In this document: positions 49,972 through 59,817 of the stretch, one piece after another
Layout of the letters: the number at the start of each line of letters is the position of its first letter
Numbering within the stretch: position 1 is the stretch's first letter
NCBI GenBank assembly: GCA_028285485.1
Contig: JANQPC010000107.1
Span: forward strand, 784-64,783
Direction of reading: 5' to 3'
DNA: 64,000 nucleotides
Source of the DNA: Paracoccaceae bacterium
GTDB taxonomy: Bacteria > Pseudomonadota > Alphaproteobacteria > Rhodobacterales > Rhodobacteraceae
Translations under genes and position numbers: made by a program
Notes under the pieces: generated by a model
Told to the model about the DNA's origin: nothing
Databases searched by the model: none
The model's input: only the letters and a program-made list of their open reading frames with translations

Positions 49972-50034
49972 GCGGCTGGAACCCCCACGCGACCTGCGCG
50001 ATGCTAAAGGCCACGGTCATTCGGAGCCCGGCCC

Positions 50035-50571
50035 ATGCCCGCCCAGATCATCTTTCTTCACGGCCCCTCCAGCAGCGGCAAATCCACCCTTGCCCGCGCG
50101 CTGCAGGCAGAGATCGAGCTGCCGTTCTGGCATGTGTCTTTCGATGCGCTGCGCGATACGGGCGTTCTGCCCATGGCGCGGTTCGAAGCGGGCGATTTCA
50201 GATGGCGCACGGCACGGGCGGGCGTATTTGCCGGTTTCCACAACTCACTCGGCGCTTACGCTGCGGCGGGCAACAATCTGATATTGGAGCATATTCTGGA
50301 CACGCGGGGCTGGGCGGAAGATCTGCATCGCCTCTTCGCCCCCTACGATGTGCTTTTTGTGGGCCTGCATTGCCCGCTTGCGCTGTTGGAGGCGCGAGAG
50401 GCCGCGCGGGGCGACCGGCCCGCGGGTAGCGCGCGGGCGGATTTCGAAAGCGTGCATCATGGCCGCCGCTACGATCTGGAACTCGACAGCGAAGATGGGG
50501 TTGAGGCCAACGTCTCGCGGGTACTTGCCATCTGGCGAAGCGGGCAGCGGATCTCGGAATTTGCGCAGTAG
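50035..50571 (+). CDS. Chloramphenicol phosphotransferase-like P-loop kinase family protein
   Basis: 'IIFLHGPSSSGKSTLARALQ' P-loop followed by 'WHVSFDA', as I recall for the CPT family. 178 aa. Confidence 0.65.
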   Translation: MPAQIIFLHGPSSSGKSTLARALQAEIELPFWHVSFDALRDTGVLPMARFEAGDFRWRTARAGVFAGFHNSLGAYAAAGNNLILEHILDTRGWAEDLHRLFAPYDVLFVGLHCPLALLEAREAARGDRPAGSARADFESVHHGRRYDLELDSEDGVEANVSRVLAIWRSGQRISEFAQ

Positions 50572-50679
50572 GGCGCCTGGCCCGCAGGGCGCGCACCGGG
50601 GCGGTGCGGCCAGATGCGCCCTCGCCCCCGCGCCCAGGCCCTCTATCTCTCAAACCACTTAACGGACCCCACCGCAGGC

Positions 50680-51336
50680 ATGCTTCTCACCGCCACCGAT
50701 CTCACCAAGGCCTTTCCCGGCGAAGGCGGGCCAACCCGCGTGCTGGATGGCGTGAGCTTCACGCTCGCCGCCGGGGAAACGCTGGCGCTGACAGGCGAAA
50801 GCGGATCGGGCAAATCCACCCTTCTGCATATTGCCGCGGGGCTGGAGCCGATGGATGCGGGCGAGATCACGATCGATGGCACCGCGCTTTCCACCCTTGA
50901 TGACGGGGGCCGCGCTGCCTTGCGGCGCCAAACCGTGAGCGTGGTGTTTCAGCAGTTCAACCTGATCCCCTCGCTCGATGCCGCGGCCAATATCGCGTTT
51001 CAAGCCCGGCTCGCGGGGCGGCATGACGCCCCCTGGTGCGCCACGCTGGCAGAGCGGCTGGGGCTCCGTGAACACCTCGCGAAATACCCCGAGCAACTCT
51101 CCGGCGGCCAACAGCAGCGGGTGGCCATCGGGCGGGCGCTGGCGGTGCGCCCGAAGATCGTGATGGCCGATGAGCCCACGGGCAACCTGGATGAGGCCAC
51201 CGGCGATCAGGTGATTGATCTGATGCTGGGGCTGACGGCGGACACGGGTGCGGCGCTTCTTATGGTCACGCATTCCGAAAGGCTGGCGGCGCGGCTTTCC
51301 CGCCGGCTGCAGCTTAGCCGGGGGCGCGTGGCATGA
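50680..51336 (+). CDS. ABC transporter ATP-binding protein (LolD/YbbA-like)
   Basis: '[11 protein letters not shown]', '[15 protein letters not shown]' and '[11 protein letters not shown]'. Confidence 0.9.
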   Translation: MLLTATDLTKAFPGEGGPTRVLDGVSFTLAAGETLALTGESGSGKSTLLHIAAGLEPMDAGEITIDGTALSTLDDGGRAALRRQTVSVVFQQFNLIPSLDAAANIAFQARLAGRHDAPWCATLAERLGLREHLAKYPEQLSGGQQQRVAIGRALAVRPKIVMADEPTGNLDEATGDQVIDLMLGLTADTGAALLMVTHSERLAARLSRRLQLSRGRVA

Positions 51337-53732
51337 CCGGCGCAGCGCTTTCGGCGATCCTCGGCCATTGGCGGCGGCATCCGTTTCAGCTTGCCACGCT
51401 GGTGCTGGGCCTGGCGCTTGCCACCGCGCTCTGGTCCGGCGTGCAGGCGATCAATGCCGAGGCGCGCGCAAGCTACGATGCGGCAAGCGCGGCGGTGGGC
51501 GGCACCCGGCCCGTGCTGGTGGATCCGGCGGGGGATATCGATCAGGCCACCTATGTCGCGCTTCGCCGCGCGGGCTGGCAGGTCTCTCCCATCCTTGAAG
51601 GCTGGGTGCGCACGCCGCGCGGGCGGGTGCGCCTGGTAGGGATCGATCCGCTGACCGCGCCGCCCGAGATTGCGGCTGCGGGCACGGTGCTTGCGGGCGA
51701 TCTGACCGGGTTTTTGGGCCAGCCGGGCATGCTGATTGCCGGCGAAGCTACGGCCGCGCGGCTGGAGAGCGCCGATCTGCCGCCGGTAACCGTGGCCGAG
51801 GGCATCGCGCCCTCGCTGGCCTTTGCCGATATCGGGGTGGCCCAGCGGCTTCTGGGGCTTGAGGGGCGGATAACCCGGCTGATCCTGCGCGAAGATCAGC
51901 CGCTCACCCGGCCGCCCCTGGCTGAAATCGCGCCGGGGCTTGAAGAGCGCGCCTCGGGCGGCCAGGCGGATCTCGCGCGGCTGACCGACAGCTTTCACCT
52001 CAACCTCACCGCCTTTGGCCTTCTCTCCTTCGCGGTGGGGCTCTTCATCGTGAACGGGGCCATCGGCCTCGCATTTGAGCAACGCCGCCCCACCTTCCGC
52101 ACCCTGCGCGCGCTCGGCCTGCCCGCCCGGCGGCTGACGTTGCTGCTGGTGGCCGAGCTTGCGGCCTTCGCGCTGATCTCGGGCGCGCTGGGCATCGCAC
52201 TCGGCTACGCGATCGCCGCGGCCCTTCTGCCCGATGTTGCCGCAACGCTTCGCGGCCTTTACGGCGCGCCGGTGGAGGGCGGGCTGACGATCCGCCCGGC
52301 CTGGTGGGCGGCGGGCATGGCGATTGCCCTTGCGGGCACGGCGGCGGCCTCGGCGGGCGCGCTCTGGAAGCTTGCGCGCCTGCCGGTTTTGGCGCCCGCG
52401 CGGCCCCGCGCCTGGGCGCGGGCCTCGCAGGCAACGCTCGGGCCGCAGCTGGCGGCCTCTGCCGCACTTGCGCTTCTCTCCCTTGCCGCGGGCACGCTGG
52501 GGGCGGGCCTTTTGGCAGGCTTTGTGATGCTGGGCGCGCTGCTGCTTTCCGCCGCGCTGGCGCTGCCCGCCCTGCTCTCGGCCCTGCTTGCGCTGGCCGC
52601 GCGCCTCGCGGCGGGGCCGCGGGCCGAGTGGTTCTGGGCCGATACCCGCCAGCAGCTTCCGGGCCTGAGCCTTGCCCTGATGGCGCTTCTCCTCGCGCTG
52701 GCCGCAAATATCGGTGTGGGAACAATGGTTTCAAGCTTCCGGCTCACCTTCACCGGGTGGCTCGATCAACGCCTGGCCTCGGAGATCTACGTGACCGCCG
52801 AAGATGCCGCCCAGGCGGAGGCGATGGTGGCCTTCCTCGCCCCGCGCACGAACGCCATCCTGCCGATCTGGAGCGTGGAGCGCGAGGTGGCCGGGGCGCC
52901 CGCCGAAATCTTCGGCGTGGCCGATCACGCCACCTATCGCGATCACTGGCCGCTGCTGACCGCCCTGCCGGAGGTTTGGGATCTGCTCGCCCGTGGCGAG
53001 GGCGCGCTGATCAACGAGCAACTTGCCCGCCGCGAGGGGCTGGCGCCGGGCGACAGGCTGGATCTGCCGGGAGGCGCGCTGATCGTTGCGGGCAGCTATT
53101 CCGATTATGGCAACCCCAGCGCGCAGGTGCTGATTTCCGTCAGCACCCTCACGGCGCGGTTTCCGGAGGTGGAACGGCTGCAATTCGGCCTGCGTGTTCC
53201 GCCCGGGCAGACCGAGGCGGTGATGGCGGCCCTCACGGGTGAATTCGGGCTCGATCCTGGGCGGATGATGGATCAGCAGGCGATCAAGGCGTTCTCGCTG
53301 CAGGTGTTCGAACGCACCTTCACCGTGACCGGCGCGCTGAATGTGATGACACTGGCGGTGGCGGGCTTTGCGATCCTGACCTCGCTTCTCACGCTGGCCG
53401 CCATGCGCCTGCCGCAGCTTGCGCCCGTCTGGGCGCTGGGGCTCACCCGCGCCCAGCTTGCGCGGCTGGAGCTTCTGCGCGCGCTGGGGCTTGCGGCGGT
53501 GACGATGGTGCTGGCGATCCCGGTGGGGCTGGTGCTGGCCTGGGTATTGCTGGCGGTGATCAATGTCGAAGCCTTCGGGTGGCGCCTGCCGATGCATGTT
53601 TTCCCGGCGGATTGGCTGTGGCTTGGCGCGCTGGCACTGCTGGCGGCCGGGCTCGCCGCGCTGTGGCCCGCGCTGCGGCTCGCGCGCATGGCGCCGGCAG
53701 ACCTTGTGCGGGTGTTCAGCAATGAGCGGTAG
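51333..53732 (+). CDS. FtsX-like ABC transporter permease (YbbP-like, duplicated)
   Basis: 799-aa polytopic protein with two FtsX-type 4-TM modules. 4-nt overlap with the ATPase gene. Confidence 0.85.
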   Translation: MTGAALSAILGHWRRHPFQLATLVLGLALATALWSGVQAINAEARASYDAASAAVGGTRPVLVDPAGDIDQATYVALRRAGWQVSPILEGWVRTPRGRVRLVGIDPLTAPPEIAAAGTVLAGDLTGFLGQPGMLIAGEATAARLESADLPPVTVAEGIAPSLAFADIGVAQRLLGLEGRITRLILREDQPLTRPPLAEIAPGLEERASGGQADLARLTDSFHLNLTAFGLLSFAVGLFIVNGAIGLAFEQRRPTFRTLRALGLPARRLTLLLVAELAAFALISGALGIALGYAIAAALLPDVAATLRGLYGAPVEGGLTIRPAWWAAGMAIALAGTAAASAGALWKLARLPVLAPARPRAWARASQATLGPQLAASAALALLSLAAGTLGAGLLAGFVMLGALLLSAALALPALLSALLALAARLAAGPRAEWFWADTRQQLPGLSLALMALLLALAANIGVGTMVSSFRLTFTGWLDQRLASEIYVTAEDAAQAEAMVAFLAPRTNAILPIWSVEREVAGAPAEIFGVADHATYRDHWPLLTALPEVWDLLARGEGALINEQLARREGLAPGDRLDLPGGALIVAGSYSDYGNPSAQVLISVSTLTARFPEVERLQFGLRVPPGQTEAVMAALTGEFGLDPGRMMDQQAIKAFSLQVFERTFTVTGALNVMTLAVAGFAILTSLLTLAAMRLPQLAPVWALGLTRAQLARLELLRALGLAAVTMVLAIPVGLVLAWVLLAVINVEAFGWRLPMHVFPADWLWLGALALLAAGLAALWPALRLARMAPADLVRVFSNER

Positions 53733-54792
53733 GGCTCTGCTTTCAAGCTGTTTTCTTGCGGTCGTGCTGATCGCATTTGCCGCGCTGCCCGGGCCATCGC
53801 ACGCCCAGGGCTTCGCGGGGCTTGGCACCGATGCCGAGGGCTTCGCGATCCCAGAGCCAGGGCGCGGTTTCACCTTCCCCGAGGATCACGGCGCGCATCC
53901 CGATTACAGGATCGAGTGGTGGTATGTGACCGCGACGCTCACAGGCGAGGACGGGCGCGCCTACGGCGTTCAATGGACCCTCTTTCGCTCCGCCCTCGCG
54001 CCGGAGCGCCGGGAGGGGTGGGACGATCCGCAGATCTGGTTCGGCCATGCCGGGCTGACAACGCCGGACAGGCACTTTGTGGGCGAGCGTTTCGCGCGCG
54101 GCGGCGTTGGGCAGGCGGGGGTTCAGGCGGAACCTTTTGCCGCGTGGATCGATGAATGGCGGATGGAAGGGCCTAGCTTGAGCGAGGTCACCCTCACCGC
54201 GCAAGGCCCTGACTTTGCGTATGATCTCGAACTGGTGACTGGAATGCCCTTCGTGCCGCAAGGCCAGAACGGGTATTCGGTGAAATCGGCTTCAGGGCAA
54301 GCAAGCTACTACTACTCCCAACCCTTCTACGAGGTGACCGGAACGCTCGCCTTGCCCGATGGACCGGTGCGGGTGTCGGGCAACGCCTGGCTCGATCGCG
54401 AATGGTCCTCCCAACCGCTGGCCGAGACGCAAACGGGGTGGGACTGGTTCAGCCTTGTCTTTGAAACCGGCGAGCGGCTCATGGGCTTTCGCCTGCGCGA
54501 TACCGCCGGGCCCGATTTCACCGCCGCCACCTGGATCACCGCAGAGGGCACGCCCACGCCCTATCCTAACGGTGCATTCCGGGCAGAACCGCTCACCATC
54601 ACACCCGTTGCGGGGCGCGACGTGCCGACGCGCTGGCAGGTGAGCCTGCCGGAACGCGATCTTGACGTAACAGTTGAGGCACTCAACCCAAATTCCTGGA
54701 TGGAAACGGCTTTTCCCTATTGGGAAGGCCCAGTTTCTTTTACCGGAACCCATCGCGGGCGCGGGTATCTGGAGATGACGGGCTATGAGTGA
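53722..54792 (+). CDS. Secreted AttH-like / CrtC N-terminal lipocalin-like domain protein
   Basis: Signal peptide and 'FPEDHGAHPDYRIEWWYVTA', plus 'LDREWSSQ'. It overlaps the permease stop by 11 nt. Confidence 0.7.
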   Translation: MSGRALLSSCFLAVVLIAFAALPGPSHAQGFAGLGTDAEGFAIPEPGRGFTFPEDHGAHPDYRIEWWYVTATLTGEDGRAYGVQWTLFRSALAPERREGWDDPQIWFGHAGLTTPDRHFVGERFARGGVGQAGVQAEPFAAWIDEWRMEGPSLSEVTLTAQGPDFAYDLELVTGMPFVPQGQNGYSVKSASGQASYYYSQPFYEVTGTLALPDGPVRVSGNAWLDREWSSQPLAETQTGWDWFSLVFETGERLMGFRLRDTAGPDFTAATWITAEGTPTPYPNGAFRAEPLTITPVAGRDVPTRWQVSLPERDLDVTVEALNPNSWMETAFPYWEGPVSFTGTHRGRGYLEMTGYE

Positions 54793-55336
54793 TCTTACCC
54801 GCCTCGATGCGACGCTCGATCAGGTCTGGTATCACCTCGCCTGCGGGGCGGCAGAGCCCGACGCGCCCGCGCGGAACCTGGTGTTGGCGACCGTGGGCGT
54901 AGATGGCGGCGCCGAGGCGCGCATGGTCGTGCTGCGGGGGGCGGACAGGGGCGCGGGCACGCTTACCGTGCATACCGATGCCGCCTCGGCCAAAGTGGCC
55001 GAGATCGCCGCCACGCCCCAGGCCACGCTTCTGGTCTGGGATCCGCTCGCCCGGCTTCAGATCCGGCTGCGCGCACGGGTCACGTCACGGGCGGGAACGG
55101 AAGAGGAATGGTCCGCGATCGGCGATGGCGCGCGCGCGGTCTATGGCGGCACCCCGCCGCCTGGCTTTGCGATTGCGCGCCCGGAGGCGCATGAGGCGGC
55201 GCCCGATCCGGCGCGATTCACCGTTCTCACGGCGCGTATCGAGGAGATCGAAACCTTGCATCTTGGCCAGGATCGCCACCGCCGCGCGGTCTTCCGCCGC
55301 ACCGAGGGCTTCCACGGGACATGGCGCGCGCCCTGA
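54785..55336 (+). CDS. Pyridoxamine 5'-phosphate oxidase family (split-barrel flavoprotein-like) protein
   Basis: 183 aa with a PNPOx-like pattern: 'LATVGVDGGAEARMVVLR...', 'LLVWDPLARLQIRLRARV'. It overlaps the attH-like stop by 8 nt. Confidence 0.6.
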   Translation: MSDLTRLDATLDQVWYHLACGAAEPDAPARNLVLATVGVDGGAEARMVVLRGADRGAGTLTVHTDAASAKVAEIAATPQATLLVWDPLARLQIRLRARVTSRAGTEEEWSAIGDGARAVYGGTPPPGFAIARPEAHEAAPDPARFTVLTARIEEIETLHLGQDRHRRAVFRRTEGFHGTWRAP

Positions 55337-55418
55337 ACCGCGCCCTGTGCGCAACGCCCCGCGGCGAAGCCGTGCGCGCCCCTCGCTTTCCCGCCCGGCG
55401 CGCACTACCCCTTGCCCC

Positions 55419-57578
55419 ATGACGCCAGCCTTCCCCCTGACCCGCGAGCTTGTTCTGATTGGCGGCGGCCACACGCATGCCCTGGTGCTGCGCCGCTGGG
55501 GGATGGCGCCCCTGCCCGGCGCACGGCTCACGCTGATCAACCCCGGCCCCACCGCACCCTATACCGGCATGCTGCCGGGCTTCGTGGCCGGGCATTACCC
55601 GCGCGAGGCACTTGAGATCGATCTGGTACGGCTGGCGCGCTTTGCGGGCGCCCGGCTCATATTGGGCGAGGCCGAGGGGATCGACCGGAACGCGCGGCGC
55701 ATCCAGATCTCCGGCCGCGCCGACATTGCCTACGATATCGCCTCGATCGATATCGGCATCACGTCTGACCTGCCTGCGCTGCCCGGCTTTCTCGAACACG
55801 GGGTGCCCGCCAAGCCGCTTGGCGCCTTCGCCGCCGCCTGGGCGGCGTATCGGAAAAAGCCCGGCCCCGCCGCGATAGCCATCCTCGGCGCGGGGGTGGG
55901 CGGCGTGGAGCTTTCGCTGGCCATGGCCCATGCGATGGCCGCGCGCGACCGGCCCGCAGAGATCACCGTGATCGATCGTGCGCGGGCGCTTGAGAGCACC
56001 CATCCCCCCGCGCGCATCGCGCTTCTCGAACGGATGCGGGCGGCGGGCATCCGGCTTCTTGAGGATGCAGAGGTGATCGAGGTCACCGCAGATGCCGTGC
56101 ATCTCGCCGGGGGCCGCCAGATTCCGGCCGACCTGAGCGTTGGCGTTGCCGGGGCGCGCCCCTATCGCTGGCTCGGCACCACGGGGCTTGATCTGCGCGA
56201 GGGTTTCATCGAGGTGGATGCGAGCCTGCGCAGCAGCGATCCCGCGATCTATGCGGCGGGCGATTGCGCGCATCTCGGCACCGCGCCGCGCCCCAAGGCC
56301 GGGGTTTTCGCCGTGCGCGCCGCGCCGGTTCTGGCCCGCAACCTGCGCGCGGATCTTACCGGCTCGGCCCGCCGCGCATTTCGCCCGCAGGAGGATTACC
56401 TCAAGCTGATCTCGCTTGGCGGGCAGGCGGCGCTGGCCGAGAAATGGGGGCTGACGGCGCAGGGCGCGTGGGTCTGGCGCTGGAAGGATCGGATTGACCG
56501 GCGTTTTATGGATCGGCTTGCCGATCTGCCGCCCATGGCGCCGCCCGCCCCGCCCGCCGAGGCCGCCCATGGCCTGCGCGCGGCCCTGGGCGGCCAACCG
56601 CCCTGCGGGGGCTGCGGGGCAAAGGTGGCGCCCGCTACTCTTGCAAAGGGGCTTGAGGCGCTGGGCGCGCCGGAACGTGCGGATGTTGTGCAGGGGCCGG
56701 GCGATGATGCCGCGATCCTCAAGATCGGGCGCGAACGGCAGGTGATTTCCACCGATCACCTGCGCGCGGTGACGGGCGATCCCTACCTGATGGCGCGGAT
56801 CGCGGTGCATCACGCGATGGGCGATATCTGGGCAATGGGCGCCACACCGCAGGCCGCGCTGGCCACGATCATCCTGCCGCAGATGAGCGGGCCGATGCAG
56901 GCCGCCTGGCTTGACGAGATCCTTGCGGGCACCGCCCGCGCCCTGGGCGAAACGGGCGCGGCCCTTGCGGGCGGGCATACGACAGTGGGCGCGGAGCTGA
57001 CGCTGGGCTTCACCGTAACCGGGCTTGCAGCGGAAGAGCCGATCACCCTTGCGGGCGCCGTGCCAGGCGATGCGCTGGTGCTCACGCGCCCGCTTGGCAG
57101 CGGCGTGATCCTGGCCGGTGAGATGCAGATGAAGGCCCGGGGCGAAGATGTTGCCACCTGCCTGGCCGAGATGGCGCGCCCGCAAGGCGCCGCGGCGGCA
57201 GCGCTTTCCGGCGCCCGGGCGATGACCGATGTTACCGGCTTTGGGCTCGCGGGGCATCTTCGGGCGCTCTGCCGCGCCTCTGGCGTGGGGGCGGCGCTGC
57301 GGATGGCGGAGATCCCGACCTATGCCGGGGCGGAGGCGCTGGCGGCAGCCGGCGTGCGCTCAACGCTCTTTGCCGCGAACCGGGCTCATGCGGAGATTTC
57401 GGGCGCCGCGGGCCCGCGCGCGGATCTGCTTTACGATCCGCAAACGGCGGGCGGGCTTCTTGCAACAGTGCCGGAGGCGGCGGTTCTGGATGTTCTGGCC
57501 GCGCTTGAGGCTACGGGGCGCGCCGGGCATGTGATCGGGCGGATCGTGGACGGCCCGCCTGTCGTGACGATTGAGTGA
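55419..57578 (+). CDS. selD: Fusion protein: FAD-dependent pyridine nucleotide-disulfide oxidoreductase (NDH-2-like) plus selenide, water dikinase SelD
   Basis: N-terminal 'LVLIGGGHTHAL', 'ILGAGVGGVELS' and 'AAGDCA'. The C-terminal half has 'CGGCGAKV' (the Cys/Lys catalytic motif aligned to E. coli GCGCK), 'GDDAAIL' and an AIR-synthase-like fold. The upstream part of the track ORF overlaps the PNPOx-like gene and is Arg/Pro-rich. Confidence 0.8.
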   Translation: MTPAFPLTRELVLIGGGHTHALVLRRWGMAPLPGARLTLINPGPTAPYTGMLPGFVAGHYPREALEIDLVRLARFAGARLILGEAEGIDRNARRIQISGRADIAYDIASIDIGITSDLPALPGFLEHGVPAKPLGAFAAAWAAYRKKPGPAAIAILGAGVGGVELSLAMAHAMAARDRPAEITVIDRARALESTHPPARIALLERMRAAGIRLLEDAEVIEVTADAVHLAGGRQIPADLSVGVAGARPYRWLGTTGLDLREGFIEVDASLRSSDPAIYAAGDCAHLGTAPRPKAGVFAVRAAPVLARNLRADLTGSARRAFRPQEDYLKLISLGGQAALAEKWGLTAQGAWVWRWKDRIDRRFMDRLADLPPMAPPAPPAEAAHGLRAALGGQPPCGGCGAKVAPATLAKGLEALGAPERADVVQGPGDDAAILKIGRERQVISTDHLRAVTGDPYLMARIAVHHAMGDIWAMGATPQAALATIILPQMSGPMQAAWLDEILAGTARALGETGAALAGGHTTVGAELTLGFTVTGLAAEEPITLAGAVPGDALVLTRPLGSGVILAGEMQMKARGEDVATCLAEMARPQGAAAAALSGARAMTDVTGFGLAGHLRALCRASGVGAALRMAEIPTYAGAEALAAAGVRSTLFAANRAHAEISGAAGPRADLLYDPQTAGGLLATVPEAAVLDVLAALEATGRAGHVIGRIVDGPPVVTIE

Positions 57579-57617
57579 CCGGCGGATTTGCTTGGTGGCA
57601 GCCGCCGCCAGCGCCCC

Positions 57618-58106
57618 CTAACGGAACGGATACATCCAGGGCCGGTAGTCATCGGCCAGAAGCGTGGCCTTCTCGATCTCTTCAGCCGTCATCTTTTTCT
57701 GGATCTCCTCAAGGCTGATCGCGGCATCGGGATCGCCGCCAATGGCCGAGAGAAGATACCACATATAGGCGCGCACAAGGTCGGGCCCCGGCATCCCGCG
57801 CCCCACCTCATAATACCAGCCCACCCCCGATTGGGCGCCCGGATGCCCTTTCATGGCAGAGCGCAGGTACCACTCGAAAGCACGCTGATCGTCCCGCTCA
57901 ACACCAAGACCCAGCGCATACATCACGCCGATCAGTTCCTCCGCATCGGCATTGCCGGATCGCGCGGCGGGCAGGAAGGCTTCCATCGCCTCGGCAAACC
58001 GCCCCGCCTCCATCAGATCGCGCGCCGTTTCGATCTCGGCCCAAGCAGGGGTTGCGCAGGCCGCAAAAGCCGCGAAGATCATCCCATGAAACGCGTGTTT
58101 GCCCAT
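57618..58106 (-). CDS. Secreted Sel1-repeat (SLR/TPR-like) protein
   Basis: Signal peptide 'MGKHAFHGMIFAAFAACATPAWA' and repeats 'IGVMYALGLGVERDDQRAFEWY' and 'GVGWYYEVGRGMPGPDLVRAYMWY'. An AGGAGAAGG SD precedes the ATG at 58106. Confidence 0.7.
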   Translation of the reverse strand: MGKHAFHGMIFAAFAACATPAWAEIETARDLMEAGRFAEAMEAFLPAARSGNADAEELIGVMYALGLGVERDDQRAFEWYLRSAMKGHPGAQSGVGWYYEVGRGMPGPDLVRAYMWYLLSAIGGDPDAAISLEEIQKKMTAEEIEKATLLADDYRPWMYPFR

Positions 58107-59408
58107 CTGGCCCTTCTCCTGTGCCTCTCTGGCCCTGCCGCGGCCGCCGATCTGCCGCGGCCCCTCACGGATGCCGATTTTCTTCCGGTCGATCCCGCGC
58201 AGGCAAGGATCGGCCAGCTTTTGTTCTATGACAAGATCCTCTCGGGCAATCGCAACATCTCCTGCGGGACCTGCCACCATCACGATCATGGCGGAACCGA
58301 CGGGCTGAGCCTTGGGATTGGCGAGGGCGGCGCGGGCGTGGGGCCCGAACGCACCGCGGGCCTGGGTGCCAACAGGATCAAGAAGCGCATCCCGCGCAAT
58401 GCGCCTGCGCTCTGGAACCTCGGCCATCGCGAGATCGAAGTGATGTTTCATGATGGGCGCCTGTCGCGCTCTGACCTTTTCGGCAACGGGTTCAACACGC
58501 CTGCCGAGGAATGGCTGCCCGAGGGGCTGGCCACCCCGCTTTCGGCGCAGGCGCTCTTTCCGCTGACCGCTCAGTTCGAAATGGCAGGCAACCCCGCGGA
58601 GAACGAGATCGCGGGCGCGGTGCACGACCGGATCGATGCCGCCTGGCCGATCCTGGCGAAGCGCGTGCGGGTGATCCCGGCCTACGGGCAGTTGTTCGTG
58701 GATGCGTTCGATCATATCGACACGCCTGAAGAGGTAACGATCGTGGAGATCGCCAATGCGCTCGGCGCCTTCATGGCCAGCGAATGGCGCAACCACGACA
58801 GCCCGTTCGACCGCTATTTGTCTGGCGACAGGGCGGCGCTGGCGCCCGCGGCAGAGGCCGGGATGGCGCTGTTTTACGGCAAGGCGGGCTGCGCGGGCTG
58901 CCATTCGGGGCCGCTGCTCTCAGACCAGGGCTTTCACGCGCTGGGGCTGCCTGCCTTCGGCCCCGGGCGCACGCGGATGTTTGACCCCTATGCCCGCGAT
59001 GTGGGGCGGATGGGAGAGACCAACCGGCTTTCCGATGCCTACCGCTTCCGCACCCCGATGCTGCGCAACGTCGCGCTCACCGGGCCTTATGGCCACAATG
59101 GCGCCTATCCCACGCTGGAGAGCATGGTGCGCCACCACCTGAACCCGGCGGCAGCCCGCGCGGCCTGGACGCCGGAGATGGCGAAACTGCCCGATGTGCC
59201 CTGGCTTGCGGCGGTGGATTTCGTGATCCGCGCAGATGATCGCGAGATGGCGCGGCAGGCGGCGGTGCTGGACATCACGCCGGTGGCGTTGAGCGATGGC
59301 GAGGTGGCCGAGCTTGTGGCGTTTCTGAACGCGCTAACGGGAAAGACGGCCAAGACCCGCCCGCTGGGGCGGCCCGAGACGGTGCCGAGCGGGCTTGCGG
59401 TGGATTAG
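58086..59408 (+). CDS. Di-haem cytochrome c peroxidase family protein (CCP/MauG-like)
   Basis: Signal peptide 'MKRVFAHLALLLCLSGPAAAA' and two CXXCH motifs, 'CGTCHH' and 'CAGCHS'. Confidence 0.85.
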   Translation: MKRVFAHLALLLCLSGPAAAADLPRPLTDADFLPVDPAQARIGQLLFYDKILSGNRNISCGTCHHHDHGGTDGLSLGIGEGGAGVGPERTAGLGANRIKKRIPRNAPALWNLGHREIEVMFHDGRLSRSDLFGNGFNTPAEEWLPEGLATPLSAQALFPLTAQFEMAGNPAENEIAGAVHDRIDAAWPILAKRVRVIPAYGQLFVDAFDHIDTPEEVTIVEIANALGAFMASEWRNHDSPFDRYLSGDRAALAPAAEAGMALFYGKAGCAGCHSGPLLSDQGFHALGLPAFGPGRTRMFDPYARDVGRMGETNRLSDAYRFRTPMLRNVALTGPYGHNGAYPTLESMVRHHLNPAAARAAWTPEMAKLPDVPWLAAVDFVIRADDREMARQAAVLDITPVALSDGEVAELVAFLNALTGKTAKTRPLGRPETVPSGLAVD

Positions 59409-59587
59409 CGGGGGGCTTGGGCAAACGGCGTGCGCCGGTCAGACCCTCGCACACCGAGTGCACACTTGTCGGGCGGGCGCCGGCCCTTGGGGGAGCGCCG
59501 CAACATGGGTTCGGAGTGCTTAGTCCCCGAGAACGCGCCTCACCTTCGCCCGTGGCGTGTGACGCGAGCCAAAGCGCTGGCGCGCCC

Positions 59588-59817
59588 CTACCCGTCCCCG
59601 GCAGGCTTATCGGGATCCGCCTGCCCGACCCCGCGGAAGATCGCCCTGAAGGGCAGCGCCCAGAGGATGCCGAGGCCCACATAGACCAGAAGCTCCACCA
59701 CAAAGGGCGGGCGGCCAAGCCAGTTCATGATCGTCACCGCCGCCACGATATAGGTGGGCAGACCGATCACGAGGATCACGAGCGACCATCTGCGGCGGGC
59801 TTTGTAGGACAGGGCCA

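Noticed and set aside
50658-50663. TTAAC upstream of the ABC ATPase gene, and TTAACGATGATAAC at about 28096, as CtrA sites.
   Set aside because: The first is only a 5-mer half-site without a partner. The second is inside a coding region with incorrect spacing or sequence for the second half.
54903-55418. N-terminal extensions of track ORFs. Examples: SelD fusion from 54903, peroxidase from 57588, attH-like from 53563, PhoR from 37048, YicC from 40784, citrate synthase from 1131.
   Set aside because: The extensions overlap upstream genes in other frames, are Arg/Pro-rich, and lack SD sequences. Internal starts with an SD and/or signal peptides fit the family N-termini.
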